Below are positions 18,401-25,812 of a stretch of DNA of 45,256 nucleotides, in pieces (positions within the stretch are counted from its first letter, which is position 1; the number at the start of each line of letters is the position of its first letter). Source of the stretch: an uncultured Flavobacteriales bacterium (lineage in GTDB: Bacteria; Bacteroidota; Bacteroidia; Flavobacteriales; UBA7312); assembly GCA_964003875.1 (NCBI GenBank), contig CAXFLH010000001.1:1-45256 (forward strand), in the 5' to 3' direction. The notes under the pieces were generated by a model. That model ran no database searches. It was given only the letters and a program-made list of their open reading frames with translations, and was not told the origin of the DNA. Made by a program: the position numbers and the translations under genes.

Positions 18401-19658
18401 AGTTTGGATAATTAGCAGTGCCAAAAATGCTATTCACTTGATTAATATTTCTTAAAGGTTCACCTTCAGCAAGCATCTGTTGATAAAGTGTATTGTTATC
18501 ATTGTCAGGATACGAAAAGTCAGCATTATCAGAAAATAAAATCGTGTTATACATATCGGACTGAGACTCTCCTAAATCTAAAAAGGCTAAAATATTTCTT
18601 GTGTCTTCAACAGTTCCTGTTTTGTTTGTTACCCAAACCTCGATTTTTGTAATATTTACTGGCGAATTGATAAAAGGTAGCTGTGACATGGCCTCATTAT
18701 ACCTTGACTTAAAGTAATGGGATAGAAAAAAGTGTTTATTGGTTTCGTATTGATCAGCATAGATATCAAAGTCTGTGGTTTGCGCACCCCCTTCAACATC
18801 AATTACTTTAGAATTACTTTTTTGTTGAGAAAAAATAGTAGTTACTGTTGCTCGACCAAATTGCAGTTGTGTTTTTAAACCCAATAAACTTTGACTTCCA
18901 GAAATTAAAGTACCATTTAGAGGTAAGCCTACATTTCCTATTTCGATTTTCTTTATTATTTCATCTTCTTCGCCTTCATATTCCAGCTTGATCTTGTTGT
19001 CAAAATCAAAAATTGCTTCAGTATTGTAATTGGTATTGAGTTGGAGTTTATCACCAATTTTACCGATGACATTCATTTGTATTTTTTGCTTGAAGTCAAA
19101 GCTTGTATTACTTTGTTTATCTATTGGCAAAGCATTATTTTCGGTCTTGTTGTGCTTAATAGAAAATATCAGTTCAGCTGAGCCTTGAGGCCTAATATCT
19201 ACCGTACTATTTCCAAATATCTTATCAAAAATCTCTCCTCCTATGTCTATACTCAAAGGACCTTTATTGGTGTTATCTCCACTAAGCGAAGGGTTTGAAG
19301 TTTTTTCTTTCCAATAGTCTGATATAGATTGTCTAGAATTGTAATTATCGTATTCTTCGGCACTCAGAAATGTAGGGTTTGAAAGTCTAAAACCATTTAT
19401 TTTTTGCTCTACACTGTAAAGCTTTGACTCAGGGTCGTACTCCAATTGAGGCTGTAGGTTAGCGGGAGGATTTAGGTAAAAACCGCTAATCGGATTATCT
19501 AGTGGATTATCCCATGGATTATTTTCTGGCATCTGAAAGATTAGGCTATCATTAGTAGACTGAGAAAATGAAAATTTACTCAGCACTAAAAACAAGAAAA
19601 AGCACCAAAGTGCTTGTTTATGTATTGCCTTATTTTGAAACACTATAAATCCATTCAA
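12498..19658 (-). CDS. sprA: Type IX secretion system translocon SprA (Sov)
   Basis: Single 7161-nt ORF (2386 aa) with an N-terminal hydrophobic signal-like segment. N/S/T/Y/G/D-rich beta-type sequence ends in ...GGFSVRFTLAQ. Size and composition match the roughly 2400-aa SprA barrel of Flavobacterium johnsoniae. T9SS cargo genes lie nearby. The precise start is uncertain. Confidence 0.9.
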   Translation of the reverse strand: MNGFIVFQNKAIHKQALWCFFLFLVLSKFSFSQSTNDSLIFQMPENNPWDNPLDNPISGFYLNPPANLQPQLEYDPESKLYSVEQKINGFRLSNPTFLSAEEYDNYNSRQSISDYWKEKTSNPSLSGDNTNKGPLSIDIGGEIFDKIFGNSTVDIRPQGSAELIFSIKHNKTENNALPIDKQSNTSFDFKQKIQMNVIGKIGDKLQLNTNYNTEAIFDFDNKIKLEYEGEEDEIIKKIEIGNVGLPLNGTLISGSQSLLGLKTQLQFGRATVTTIFSQQKSNSKVIDVEGGAQTTDFDIYADQYETNKHFFLSHYFKSRYNEAMSQLPFINSPVNITKIEVWVTNKTGTVEDTRNILAFLDLGESQSDMYNTILFSDNADFSYPDNDNNTLYQQMLAEGEPLRNINQVNSIFGTANYPNFLGSQDYEKLERARLLSPTEYTFHPQLGYISLNNIIGPDEVLAVAFQYTIGNELYQVGEFSSNGPSAPSSLFVKLLKNLSFSPQLPNWDLMMKNIYSLGAYNVSPTEFYLDVVFENTRDNGTITNYIPEENLTDKPIINLLRLDQLNAQQERKADGIFDFLPGITIITSNGKIIFPVREPFGEDLRDKFSNNDIASNYVYDVLYDSTLTIAQQFPEYNKFRIKGSYQSESGAEIYLGVFSIEQGSVVVTAGGLRLEEGQDFTVNYSMGKVNIINDGILLSGTPIRISVESNTFGLQQKTLVGTHLDYRISDDFMLGGTILNLTEKPYTKKVNSGDEPISNTIWGLDGTYRRESSLLTKIVDFLPLLETKEKSMLTAQGEFAHLIPGHQRAIGENGTAYIDDFEASSTGIDIKNPGAWFLASLPNDPDLFPESALGNQSPRLGNLNSGANRALLSWYNIDPVFYRNTNNTPRHIADDEVQLSNHNVREVLEKEVFPNRDPQYATQVSNLPVFNLSYNPSKRGPYNFDTENITTSGLLLNPENRWAGIMRKLETTDFELQNIEFVEFWIMDPFNDDSENQSGGNLIMNLGNVSEDVLKDGFKSFENGLPSSDVVENVDDESSVWGRMPTTFALTNSFDVDAESRQYQDVGLDGLRDVDERTFFDTAYIQKIESNYGVNSNAYSLASTDPSSDNYTYFLGDNLDNESASILKRYEYFSGIDGNSAIPNPLPTMSTTIPNTEDINFDNTLNESESYYHYNIPLFPGMQIGDSYITDIQETEAKTPTGDRTIKWYQFKIPVQQPDKTVGSIRDFKSIRFIRMLLKDFDQPIVMRFATLELVRGEWRRYNFSLKTEGEYVPNDNASNTSFDVSVVNIEENAEKIPVPYVLPPGIEQEVDNTTTYVRRQNEQSLVLKVCDLEDGDSRAAYKTFNNDFRNYKRLKMYVHAEPSGEIESALQDGDLSLFVRLGTDFNDNYYEYEIPLKVTPWGVSRLDDQLIWPVENELNITFEQLLDAKQERNKAIRDGIHNSSTDPFSGTDKQITVVGNPNISMVKTIMLGVRNPRKGDFNSTINDDGTSKCGEIWLNELRLTDFDERGGYAANGRINARLADFANVNLTGSMSTIGFGSIDQSLTARQKYDAYQYDFSSTFALGNFFGEKAAIKIPMYVGVSEAIQNPQYNPLDPDITLKASLDELQSNEEKEELKEIAQDLTKRKSINFTNVRKNKSSSSGKKAKIYDIENLSATYSRNETFSRNVNLKERTTVSTKASLNYTYSSKPKNIKPFQKVKLFKNKYFALLKDFNFYTLPKSISFQTDLDRYYNKTQFRNINNPDFTLPPYYNKAFVWNRNYSIKYDLTRTLKTEFKVRNSASIDEPDGELVKSDSYYQEKKDSIWNNILNFGRPTLYHHSLNASYNVPLNKFPLTSWINLNTKYVANYDWLAAPLSLQSLGNTIQNSNNKQINSTFNFGQLYNKVPFLKKLNRTGPSVGVRGRGSSRETIRLPNQASDTVKVSFKEIANTLLKTTLLVKNLSISYRQNQGVVLPGFNKKPHFFGQDWDAMAPGIPFALGSQNIDIRELSSQGGWLTSSTNLNQFFKLTNSETLNLRGTLEPFKGFRIELTANRTKTNNVQEIYRFDSDLGDYDSFNSIENGSHSISFISWNSAFIKDDDNYSNATFQQFRQNREIIANRLADSNPYDNSIVDSTGYPLGYQSTSQEVLIPAFLAAYSGKNASSVGLNNFPNIPLPNWRINFDGLRNLKWIKKRMNNIVLSHSYQSTYSVGNYVTSLDYEAGFDEWPNAINEATLNYYDKYEINQVTLRETLNPLFKIDLTFKNSMTARLEIKKERTLSLGLSNNQLTDRSSDEWIIGTGYRIKELAFNVRAAGRQRKISSDLDLKLDFSLRSNKVVIRKIEENQEEITGGNSVITLKFTADYVVSSRFNLRLFYDKVMTNPYVSNTFPSAITNGGFSVRFTLAQ

Positions 19659-19672
19659 TTAGAGAATGATCT

Positions 19673-20254
19673 CTACATTTTTTTAAGTACACGTTTAACC
19701 AATTCTTCGACCTCTACACTTCCATCTTCTTGTAGTTCATTATCAATGTATTTTTCAATACTGTTTTTTGAAAACCCAAGCATGGTTAATGCCGATAACG
19801 CTTCTTCTCGAATAGTATTGTATGAAGTTGAGGAAGAATTTGCGCTTATTCCAAGTTTAGCAATTTTGTCTTTCAAATCTAGAATGATACGCTGTGCTGT
19901 TTTTCCACCAATTCCCTTTACTCCTTGTAAAACGCTGACGTTTTCTGTAACTATTGCTTGTTGTATCTCGTGAGGGGTTAATGAAGACAGTATCATCTGT
20001 GCTGTGTTAGGTCCTACTCCAGAAACAGAAATAAGTAGACGAAATAATTCACGCTCGTCTTTATCGAAAAAACCATAAAGAGTATGGGCATCTTCTTTAA
20101 TCGACAAATGAGTAAAAAGCATACAATGCTCATCATTAGATAACTTGGAAAAGGTTTGTAATGATATTCTCAAGAAATAACCTATCCCATTACAATCAAT
20201 AATGACAAATGAAGGGTTTTTCTCTACTAATTTTCCATGAATGTGTGTAATCAT
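19673..20254 (-). CDS. ruvA: Holliday junction branch migration complex subunit RuvA
   Basis: 193 aa. [12 protein letters not shown]...VIIDCNGIGY, with helix-hairpin-helix motifs LISVSGVGPNTAQMILS and LQGVKGIGGKTAQRIILDLKDK. 4-nt overlap with maeB. Confidence 0.95.
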   Translation of the reverse strand: MITHIHGKLVEKNPSFVIIDCNGIGYFLRISLQTFSKLSNDEHCMLFTHLSIKEDAHTLYGFFDKDERELFRLLISVSGVGPNTAQMILSSLTPHEIQQAIVTENVSVLQGVKGIGGKTAQRIILDLKDKIAKLGISANSSSTSYNTIREEALSALTMLGFSKNSIEKYIDNELQEDGSVEVEELVKRVLKKM

Positions 20255-22521
20255 TTTCTTTTTGTTTGAGCATCAATAACGGCAATAGTTACCATATTTA
20301 CAATTTCACGTACCGAGCAACCAAGTTGTAAAATATGGACAGGCTTTTTCATACCAATCAAAATAGGTCCTATCGCTTCTACATCGTCAAATTCTTGCAT
20401 TAACTTATAGGCTATATTTCCAGATTCTAGGTTGGGGAAGATAAGCGTATTAGCATTCTCTTTTAAATCAGAAAAGGGGAAAATTTGCTCTCTCTTTTCT
20501 TTATTCAAAGCAAAATCTGCCTGTATTTCTCCGTCTACCGATAAATTTGGCTCTGCGTCATTTATTATTTTTAAGGCTTCCGTTATTTTGGCAACCTTTG
20601 AATTCATTGATGAGCCAAAATTGGAATATGACAACAGTGCTATTCTTGGAAATACATTAAATCGGCGTACTGTTTTAGCAGTTAGCATCGCAATATTAGC
20701 TAACTCCTGTGCCGTAGGGTTAATATTTATGGTAGTGTCTGCTAAAAATAGAGTTCCTTTTTTAGTGTTAAGGATAAACATACCAGCGACCTTATCCACT
20801 CCATCTTCAGTTCCTATAATTTGTAAGGCCGGGCGTAATGTACTAGGATAATTTCTACTTATTCCTGAAATAAAAGCGTCAGCCATGCCTTGATCAACCA
20901 TCATTGAGCCAAAATAATTTCTCTCACGCATCAGCTTTTGTGCTTCTGGTAGCGCCATTCCTTTGCGTTTGCGTTTCTCAAAAAGAATCTGTCCAAATTG
21001 ATTCCTCCTTTCCCTTTGCTCATCACTCTTAGGGTCTAGTATCTGAACGTCATCTAAATCTAAAACATTATCCTCAATAAGCTGTCTTATTCTGCCTTCC
21101 CTACCTAATAAAATTGGAATAGCAATACCTTCATCTTTAACTTCTTGAGCAGCTTTCAAAATTTTATAATGCTCGGCTTCTGCAAAGACAATACGCTTGG
21201 GGTTTCTTTTAGCCTTAGTAGTAATTCTTCTGACTAGTTTATTGTCTAAACCCAATCGTTTATTCAATTCTTGGGCATAAGCTTCAAAATTCGAAATTTT
21301 CTTTTGAGCCACTCCAGACTCTATGGCTGCTTTTGCTACTGCTGGAGCTACTACCGATATCAATCGATTATCAAGAGGTTTTGGAATAATATATTCTGGA
21401 CCAAAGGTGATAACTTTTTCTCCATAGGCTAAATTAACTGTATCGGGAACTACTTCTTTAGTCAATTCTGCGATACTACGAACTGCCGCTAATTTCATCT
21501 CTTCATTAATGCTTGTTGCTCTAACATCAAGTGCTCCTCTGAAAATATATGGGAATCCCAAAACATTATTGACCTGATTAGGGTGGTCAGAACGTCCCGT
21601 GGCCATTATGATATCTTCTCTTACAGAAACAGCATTATTGTAAGATATTTCAGGGTCAGGGTTTGCCAAAGCAAATACAATAGGTGTTGCAGCCATAGAC
21701 TTAATCATCTCATTAGATACGATGTTTCCTGAAGATAAACCTAGAAAAACATCTGCACCAGTCATTGCCTCATCTAGTGTACGTAAATTTCTATCTGTTG
21801 CAAAGAATGCTTTTTCTTTAGTTAAATTATCTCTGTCATTTCTTATCACACCTTTACTATCAAGCATTATAATATTCGACTTCTTAGCCCCTAGCGAAAG
21901 GTATAATTTGGCGCACGACATAGCAGCAGCACCAGCACCGTTAATGACAATCAGAATAGCATCTATTTTTTTATCAGCAAGTTCAAGGGCATTCAAAAGT
22001 GCAGCAGCAGAAATAATTGCTGTACCGTGCTGATCGTCATGCATTATGGGAATATCTAATTCCTCTTTAAGACGCTTTTCTATTTCAAAACATTCAGGGG
22101 CTTTTATATCCTCTAAATTGATACCTCCGAAGGTTGGCGCAATAGACTTTACAACCTCAACAAATTTATCTACTTCTGAAGCATCAACTTCGATATCGAA
22201 AACGTCTATATCAGCAAAAATCTTGAATAACAATCCTTTCCCTTCCATAACAGGCTTAGACGCCTCAGGGCCGATATCTCCTAAGCCGAGAACAGCAGTT
22301 CCGTTAGTAATTACTGCTACTAAATTGCTTTTTGCAGTGTATTCGTAAACATCATCTTTATTTTCACTGATTTTGACACAAGGTTCAGCAACTCCGGGAG
22401 AATAGGCTAGAGACAAATCACGCTGAGAGCTATGCTTTTTGGTAGGAATAACCTCTATCTTTCCTGGTCGACCTGATTTATGATAATCAAGCGATTCTTG
22501 TTTTCTTCTTCTATTAGACAT
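20251..22521 (-). CDS. maeB: NADP-dependent malic enzyme with C-terminal phosphate-acetyltransferase-like domain
   Basis: 756 aa. ...[13 protein letters not shown]..., [24 protein letters not shown], Rossmann motif [11 protein letters not shown], then a roughly 330-aa PTA-like C-terminal domain, as in MaeB. Confidence 0.93.
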   Translation of the reverse strand: MSNRRRKQESLDYHKSGRPGKIEVIPTKKHSSQRDLSLAYSPGVAEPCVKISENKDDVYEYTAKSNLVAVITNGTAVLGLGDIGPEASKPVMEGKGLLFKIFADIDVFDIEVDASEVDKFVEVVKSIAPTFGGINLEDIKAPECFEIEKRLKEELDIPIMHDDQHGTAIISAAALLNALELADKKIDAILIVINGAGAAAMSCAKLYLSLGAKKSNIIMLDSKGVIRNDRDNLTKEKAFFATDRNLRTLDEAMTGADVFLGLSSGNIVSNEMIKSMAATPIVFALANPDPEISYNNAVSVREDIIMATGRSDHPNQVNNVLGFPYIFRGALDVRATSINEEMKLAAVRSIAELTKEVVPDTVNLAYGEKVITFGPEYIIPKPLDNRLISVVAPAVAKAAIESGVAQKKISNFEAYAQELNKRLGLDNKLVRRITTKAKRNPKRIVFAEAEHYKILKAAQEVKDEGIAIPILLGREGRIRQLIEDNVLDLDDVQILDPKSDEQRERRNQFGQILFEKRKRKGMALPEAQKLMRERNYFGSMMVDQGMADAFISGISRNYPSTLRPALQIIGTEDGVDKVAGMFILNTKKGTLFLADTTININPTAQELANIAMLTAKTVRRFNVFPRIALLSYSNFGSSMNSKVAKITEALKIINDAEPNLSVDGEIQADFALNKEKREQIFPFSDLKENANTLIFPNLESGNIAYKLMQEFDDVEAIGPILIGMKKPVHILQLGCSVREIVNMVTIAVIDAQTKRK

Positions 22522-22554
22522 ACGTTTTCTTAGAATAAGCTCGTAAAATTAAAC

Positions 22555-22584
22555 AAAAAAAACCGGCACAAAGACCGGTTTTTT
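22555..22584 (-). terminator. Rho-independent terminator after the small T9SS cargo gene
   Basis: The minus strand reads AAAAAACCGG-tctttgtg-CCGGTTTTTTTT, a short GC stem extended by A/T pairs with a long T run, 19 nt after the stop at 22603. The stem core is only 4 GC pairs. Confidence 0.55.
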
Positions 22585-22602
22585 AAATTTATATTAAATC
22601 GC

Positions 22603-23313
22603 TTATTTGCTAACAACTAAACGCTTCATTGTTTTTAACTGTCCATTAACTGATATATTAGCAAAATACAAACCTGCCTTAGTATCACTCACATCAAATT
22701 TAATCGTGCCACTCTGATTACTAATATTTTCTTTACGAATCACATTTCCAAGCATATCAGTTACTACAATCTCAGCAGCATCAGAATAATTTAGACTGTA
22801 ATCTAAAAAAGCTGTCGAAGACGTAGGGTTTGGGTGAAATTCTGAAAAAGAAGTAACACTAAAATTTTCTTCAACAGAGGTTGGATCTACGTTGTAGTAA
22901 ACAATTGTACAAGCTGAATCAGATGGGTTAGCTTCATTAAAAGCACAATACTTTACAGAAGCAGAGGCTGGCTTATAACCTTTATTGTCATAATGTACCT
23001 GAAAGCTGTTCTCATCAACCTCTTGTGGAGAAAAGGTCTTTGCATCAGGGGAAACACTTGTTTGAGAGCCATAACAAGCATTCCAACAAAAATAATTCTC
23101 AGTTCCTAGTGATTGATTAAGCGTTTGCCTGGAAACGAAAATGTTAATCGTAGCATCAGAGATGTTTCTGACTGTAATCTCAGTACCAATATCACCAATC
23201 AATGTTGTACAACAACTAGGATCAACATTTTTTTTATGAGCCTCAACGCTAATACTCTGAGAGAAAACTGATAAAGAGAGTAAAAGTGATGATATTATTA
23301 GTAAATTTTTCAT
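22603..23313 (-). CDS. Small six-cysteine secreted protein with T9SS type-A C-terminal sorting domain
   Basis: 236 aa. Signal peptide MKNLLIISSLLLSLSVFSQ, a roughly 130-aa domain with 6 Cys (SCC, FCWNAC, YCAF, SACT), and a C-terminal ...FHPNPTSSTAFLDYSL...EIVVTDMLGNVI...GLYFANISVNGQLKTMKRLVVSK matching the Por_Secre_tail pattern. Confidence 0.85.
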   Translation of the reverse strand: MKNLLIISSLLLSLSVFSQSISVEAHKKNVDPSCCTTLIGDIGTEITVRNISDATINIFVSRQTLNQSLGTENYFCWNACYGSQTSVSPDAKTFSPQEVDENSFQVHYDNKGYKPASASVKYCAFNEANPSDSACTIVYYNVDPTSVEENFSVTSFSEFHPNPTSSTAFLDYSLNYSDAAEIVVTDMLGNVIRKENISNQSGTIKFDVSDTKAGLYFANISVNGQLKTMKRLVVSK

Positions 23314-23342
23314 ATAAATCTATGTGTTTAATTTATTCATTA

Positions 23343-23350
23343 CAAATATA
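23343..23350 (-). promoter_or_regulatory. Candidate -7 box (TATATTTG) for the six-Cys T9SS cargo gene
   Basis: The minus strand reads TATATTTG (TAnnTTTG), 29 nt upstream of ATG 23313. Confidence 0.45.
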
Positions 23351-23517
23351 GTAAAAACATACTAAACTAATTAGCGATATAGCTAGGGAATGAACACGCT
23401 TGAAGACGTAAGAAAATACTTTAGCTCAAGCTTTGAGCTTTCAAAAGAGCTAACTTGTAGTTTATTTGGCAGTCCCATATTAAGTGATATATTGTGATTA
23501 TCTGATTTAATAACTTT

Positions 23518-23544
23518 AAAAATAGCCTTCGGGCTATTTTTTTT
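23518..23544 (+). terminator. Orphan intrinsic-terminator-like hairpin in a divergent intergenic region
   Basis: AAAATAGCC-ttcg-GGCTATTTT followed by further Ts (8 T in total), with a UUCG-type tetraloop. No annotated plus-strand gene ends upstream of it. Confidence 0.6.
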
Positions 23545-23647
23545 GTCAACTATTCTATTTTTAATATTATCTAATCATCTGTTAAGTGAAACTGTAAGAT
23601 AGAATAAAATCAACAACGTAATTGACGTAATTAAAATTAAATTTTCT

Positions 23648-23655
23648 TAAATTTG
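23648..23655 (+). promoter_or_regulatory. Candidate -7 box (TAAATTTG) for the T9SS thioredoxin-fold gene
   Basis: The plus strand reads TAAATTTG (TAnnTTTG), 24 nt before ATG 23680, with a TTG at 23622-23624 as a possible -33 element. Confidence 0.45.
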
Positions 23656-23679
23656 CGAATCTAACAAAACAATTCATTT

Positions 23680-25230
23680 ATGACTAACTTTATCAAAAAC
23701 CTACTCATAGTTTTATTTTTATCGACTTCATTTATTGCATCGGCTCAACTTCCTGATGGCTCGATTGCACCTGACTTTACAACTACAGACGTCAATGGAA
23801 ATGAACACAGACTATATGATTACTTAGACAACGGATACACAGTAATACTAGATATTAGTGCCACATGGTGTCAACCTTGCTGGAACTATCACACAGGTGG
23901 TACATTTGAAGAAATATGGGAAGCTCACGGCCCAGCTGGAGAGCCAGGCGTAAGTCCAAACACTACAGACGATGTAATGATTCTCTGGTTTGAAGGAGAT
24001 CCAGGTACTGCTCTTAGTGAATTGGAAAATAGTAATTTTGGAAACTGGTTAGCACCAAATGGAAATGAAGTATATTTCCCAATAAGTAATGACAACAATA
24101 TTGCCAACTTGTACGATCTACCTTATTGGCCAATTATTTACACTATTTGTCCTAACAGAACCCTTACAGAGTCTGGTCAATTGTCAGCATCAGCACACTA
24201 TAACAACTTAGCAAACTGCCCTTCAGAAACTGAAGGAACCAATGCTGCTTTGCTAAATATTGATACTGATATTCTTCCTAACGGATGTGAATCAAGTGCA
24301 TCAGGAAATTTCTCAGTTGTTGTTCAAAATATGGGAACAAATAACCTAACTTCTTTTAGTGTTGAAATAAGTGCTAACGGACAGACTATCGCGTCAGAAG
24401 AATTCAACGGAAATCTAAATACTTTCGAAACAACGACTATCAATTTTGGAAACATTACTGTTGATGTAGAAACGATTGAAGTAAATATTACTTCTTCTGA
24501 TGACAATGCCGATGATAACTCCATGTCTCACTCTGTTGATTTTTCAACTGGTCAGTCTTCTCAGATGGTTAAAGTAAACCTACTTACTGACAACTATGGT
24601 AACGAAACCTATATGCAAATTACTGACGAAAACAATAACGTTATTTGGTTTGAAGGAAATGAAGCTGTTGCTGGAATGGTAGGGACCGGTCAATTAGCAC
24701 CTGCTGATGCAACTAATCCCTTAGGAAACAATCAAATGTATTCGTGGGACGTCACACTTCCAACTACAGGATGTTTTAAATTTGAAATAACTGATTATTA
24801 TGGTGATGGCTTAGCAGCTTCAACTAATACAAGCGGTGGTGTTGATGGAGATTGGTCTATTGAGGATAACAACGGTATCATCATTTCTCAACAAACCGTT
24901 CAGAATTTTGAAAACGAAGATGATACCTATTTTGAAAACACTGAAGCTGGAACATCATCAATTGACGAAAATGACAACTTTGGTTTTGCTATCTATCCAA
25001 ACCCTATGAACTCTAATGCGACAATAAAGGTTAACCTTTCTGAAAGTTCAGATGTTAGGTTAGATGTTGTTAATATACTTGGAGAAGTAAATCTTTCCAG
25101 AACATTTGGATTAAATGTAGGAAATAATTCTATTGATCTAGACGTTAGCAATTTAACTAGTGGTATTTATTTTGCTCACATTACTGCAAATGGTGAAACA
25201 AAAACTATGAAAATCACAGTTACTAGATAA
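23680..25230 (+). CDS. T9SS-secreted multidomain protein with N-terminal thioredoxin/redoxin-like CxxC domain
   Basis: 516 aa. Signal peptide ...STSFIASAQ, then a redoxin-like start LPDGSIAPDFTTTDVNGNEHRLYDYL..GYTVILDISATWCQPCW. The middle contains beta-sandwich-like segments (CARDB-like ...GNFSVVVQNMGTNNLTSF...; ...CFKFEITDYYGDGL...). C-terminal sorting domain ...IYPNPMNSNATIKVNLS...LDVVNILGE...GIYFAHITANGETKTMKITVTR. Confidence 0.85.
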   Translation: MTNFIKNLLIVLFLSTSFIASAQLPDGSIAPDFTTTDVNGNEHRLYDYLDNGYTVILDISATWCQPCWNYHTGGTFEEIWEAHGPAGEPGVSPNTTDDVMILWFEGDPGTALSELENSNFGNWLAPNGNEVYFPISNDNNIANLYDLPYWPIIYTICPNRTLTESGQLSASAHYNNLANCPSETEGTNAALLNIDTDILPNGCESSASGNFSVVVQNMGTNNLTSFSVEISANGQTIASEEFNGNLNTFETTTINFGNITVDVETIEVNITSSDDNADDNSMSHSVDFSTGQSSQMVKVNLLTDNYGNETYMQITDENNNVIWFEGNEAVAGMVGTGQLAPADATNPLGNNQMYSWDVTLPTTGCFKFEITDYYGDGLAASTNTSGGVDGDWSIEDNNGIIISQQTVQNFENEDDTYFENTEAGTSSIDENDNFGFAIYPNPMNSNATIKVNLSESSDVRLDVVNILGEVNLSRTFGLNVGNNSIDLDVSNLTSGIYFAHITANGETKTMKITVTR

Positions 25231-25255
25231 AGGATAATTTGCTCAAAACAAAAAA

Positions 25256-25294
25256 GGTCAGTAGATTAGCCTAACTAATTTACTGACCTTTTTT
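25256..25294 (+). terminator. Strong rho-independent terminator after the T9SS thioredoxin-fold gene
   Basis: GGTCAGTAGATTAG-cctaa-CTAATTTACTGACC is a 14-bp stem with one G-U pair, flanked by an A5 run upstream and TTTTTT downstream. It begins 26 nt after the stop codon. Confidence 0.85.
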
Positions 25295-25317
25295 AATGCT
25301 TTAAAACTAAAAATACT

Positions 25318-25809
25318 ATGAAAAAATTATTGATTTTTACCGCTTTTTTATCTTTCACTTTACTCTCTTTTTCTCAAAATAGAACTTTGCCAAAAGTAGA
25401 CTTGAAAACACTTGACAATAATACTTTTAACACTTCTGACTTCGATAATAATGGCAAACCTATTGTTATTAGCTTTTGGGCAACTTGGTGTAAACCTTGT
25501 ATCAAAGAGTTAAACAATATTGCCGAAGTTTATGAAGATTGGCAAGACGAAACAGGTGTTAAAGTCATTGCAATTTCTATTGACGATGCTAGAAATATGA
25601 GTAAAGTAAAACCTAAAGTAAATGCCTTGTTATGGGATTACGAAGTTTATTGCGACCCTAACAGCGACCTTAAAAGAGCTATGGGTGTTGGCTCAGTCCC
25701 ACACACTTTTTTACTCAATGAAAATAAAGAAATCGTTTATCAACACACTGGCTATAAAGATGGTGACGAATACGATTTATTCAAAAAAATAGAAGCCTTA
25801 TCAAAATAA
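25318..25809 (+). CDS. TlpA/ResA-family periplasmic thiol:disulfide oxidoreductase
   Basis: 163 aa. Signal peptide MKKLLIFTAFLSFTLLSFSQ and thioredoxin-fold motif KPIVISFWATWCKPCIKEL...VKVIAISIDD...VPHTFLLNENKEIVY. Confidence 0.9.
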   Translation: MKKLLIFTAFLSFTLLSFSQNRTLPKVDLKTLDNNTFNTSDFDNNGKPIVISFWATWCKPCIKELNNIAEVYEDWQDETGVKVIAISIDDARNMSKVKPKVNALLWDYEVYCDPNSDLKRAMGVGSVPHTFLLNENKEIVYQHTGYKDGDEYDLFKKIEALSK

Positions 25810-25812
25810 ATT

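Noticed and set aside
12498-19658. The giant 2386-aa ORF as a possible novel adhesin or toxin.
   Set aside because: Its size, composition and T9SS context fit the well-characterised SprA/Sov translocon. It has no repeat architecture typical of adhesins or RTX/RHS toxins.
22541-22548. Near-match -7 box (TAATTTTA on the minus strand) upstream of maeB.
   Set aside because: It lacks the conserved terminal G of TAnnTTTG, so I did not call it.
25318-25809. The idea that the tlpA-like gene is simply the CuA or cytochrome c maturation factor for the nearby aa3 oxidase/ACIII genes.
   Set aside because: It is on the opposite strand and about 7 kb from cox II. It is translationally packed with outer-membrane protein genes rather than with sco, ccdA or ccs genes. 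The idea cannot be excluded, but the operon context does not favour it.
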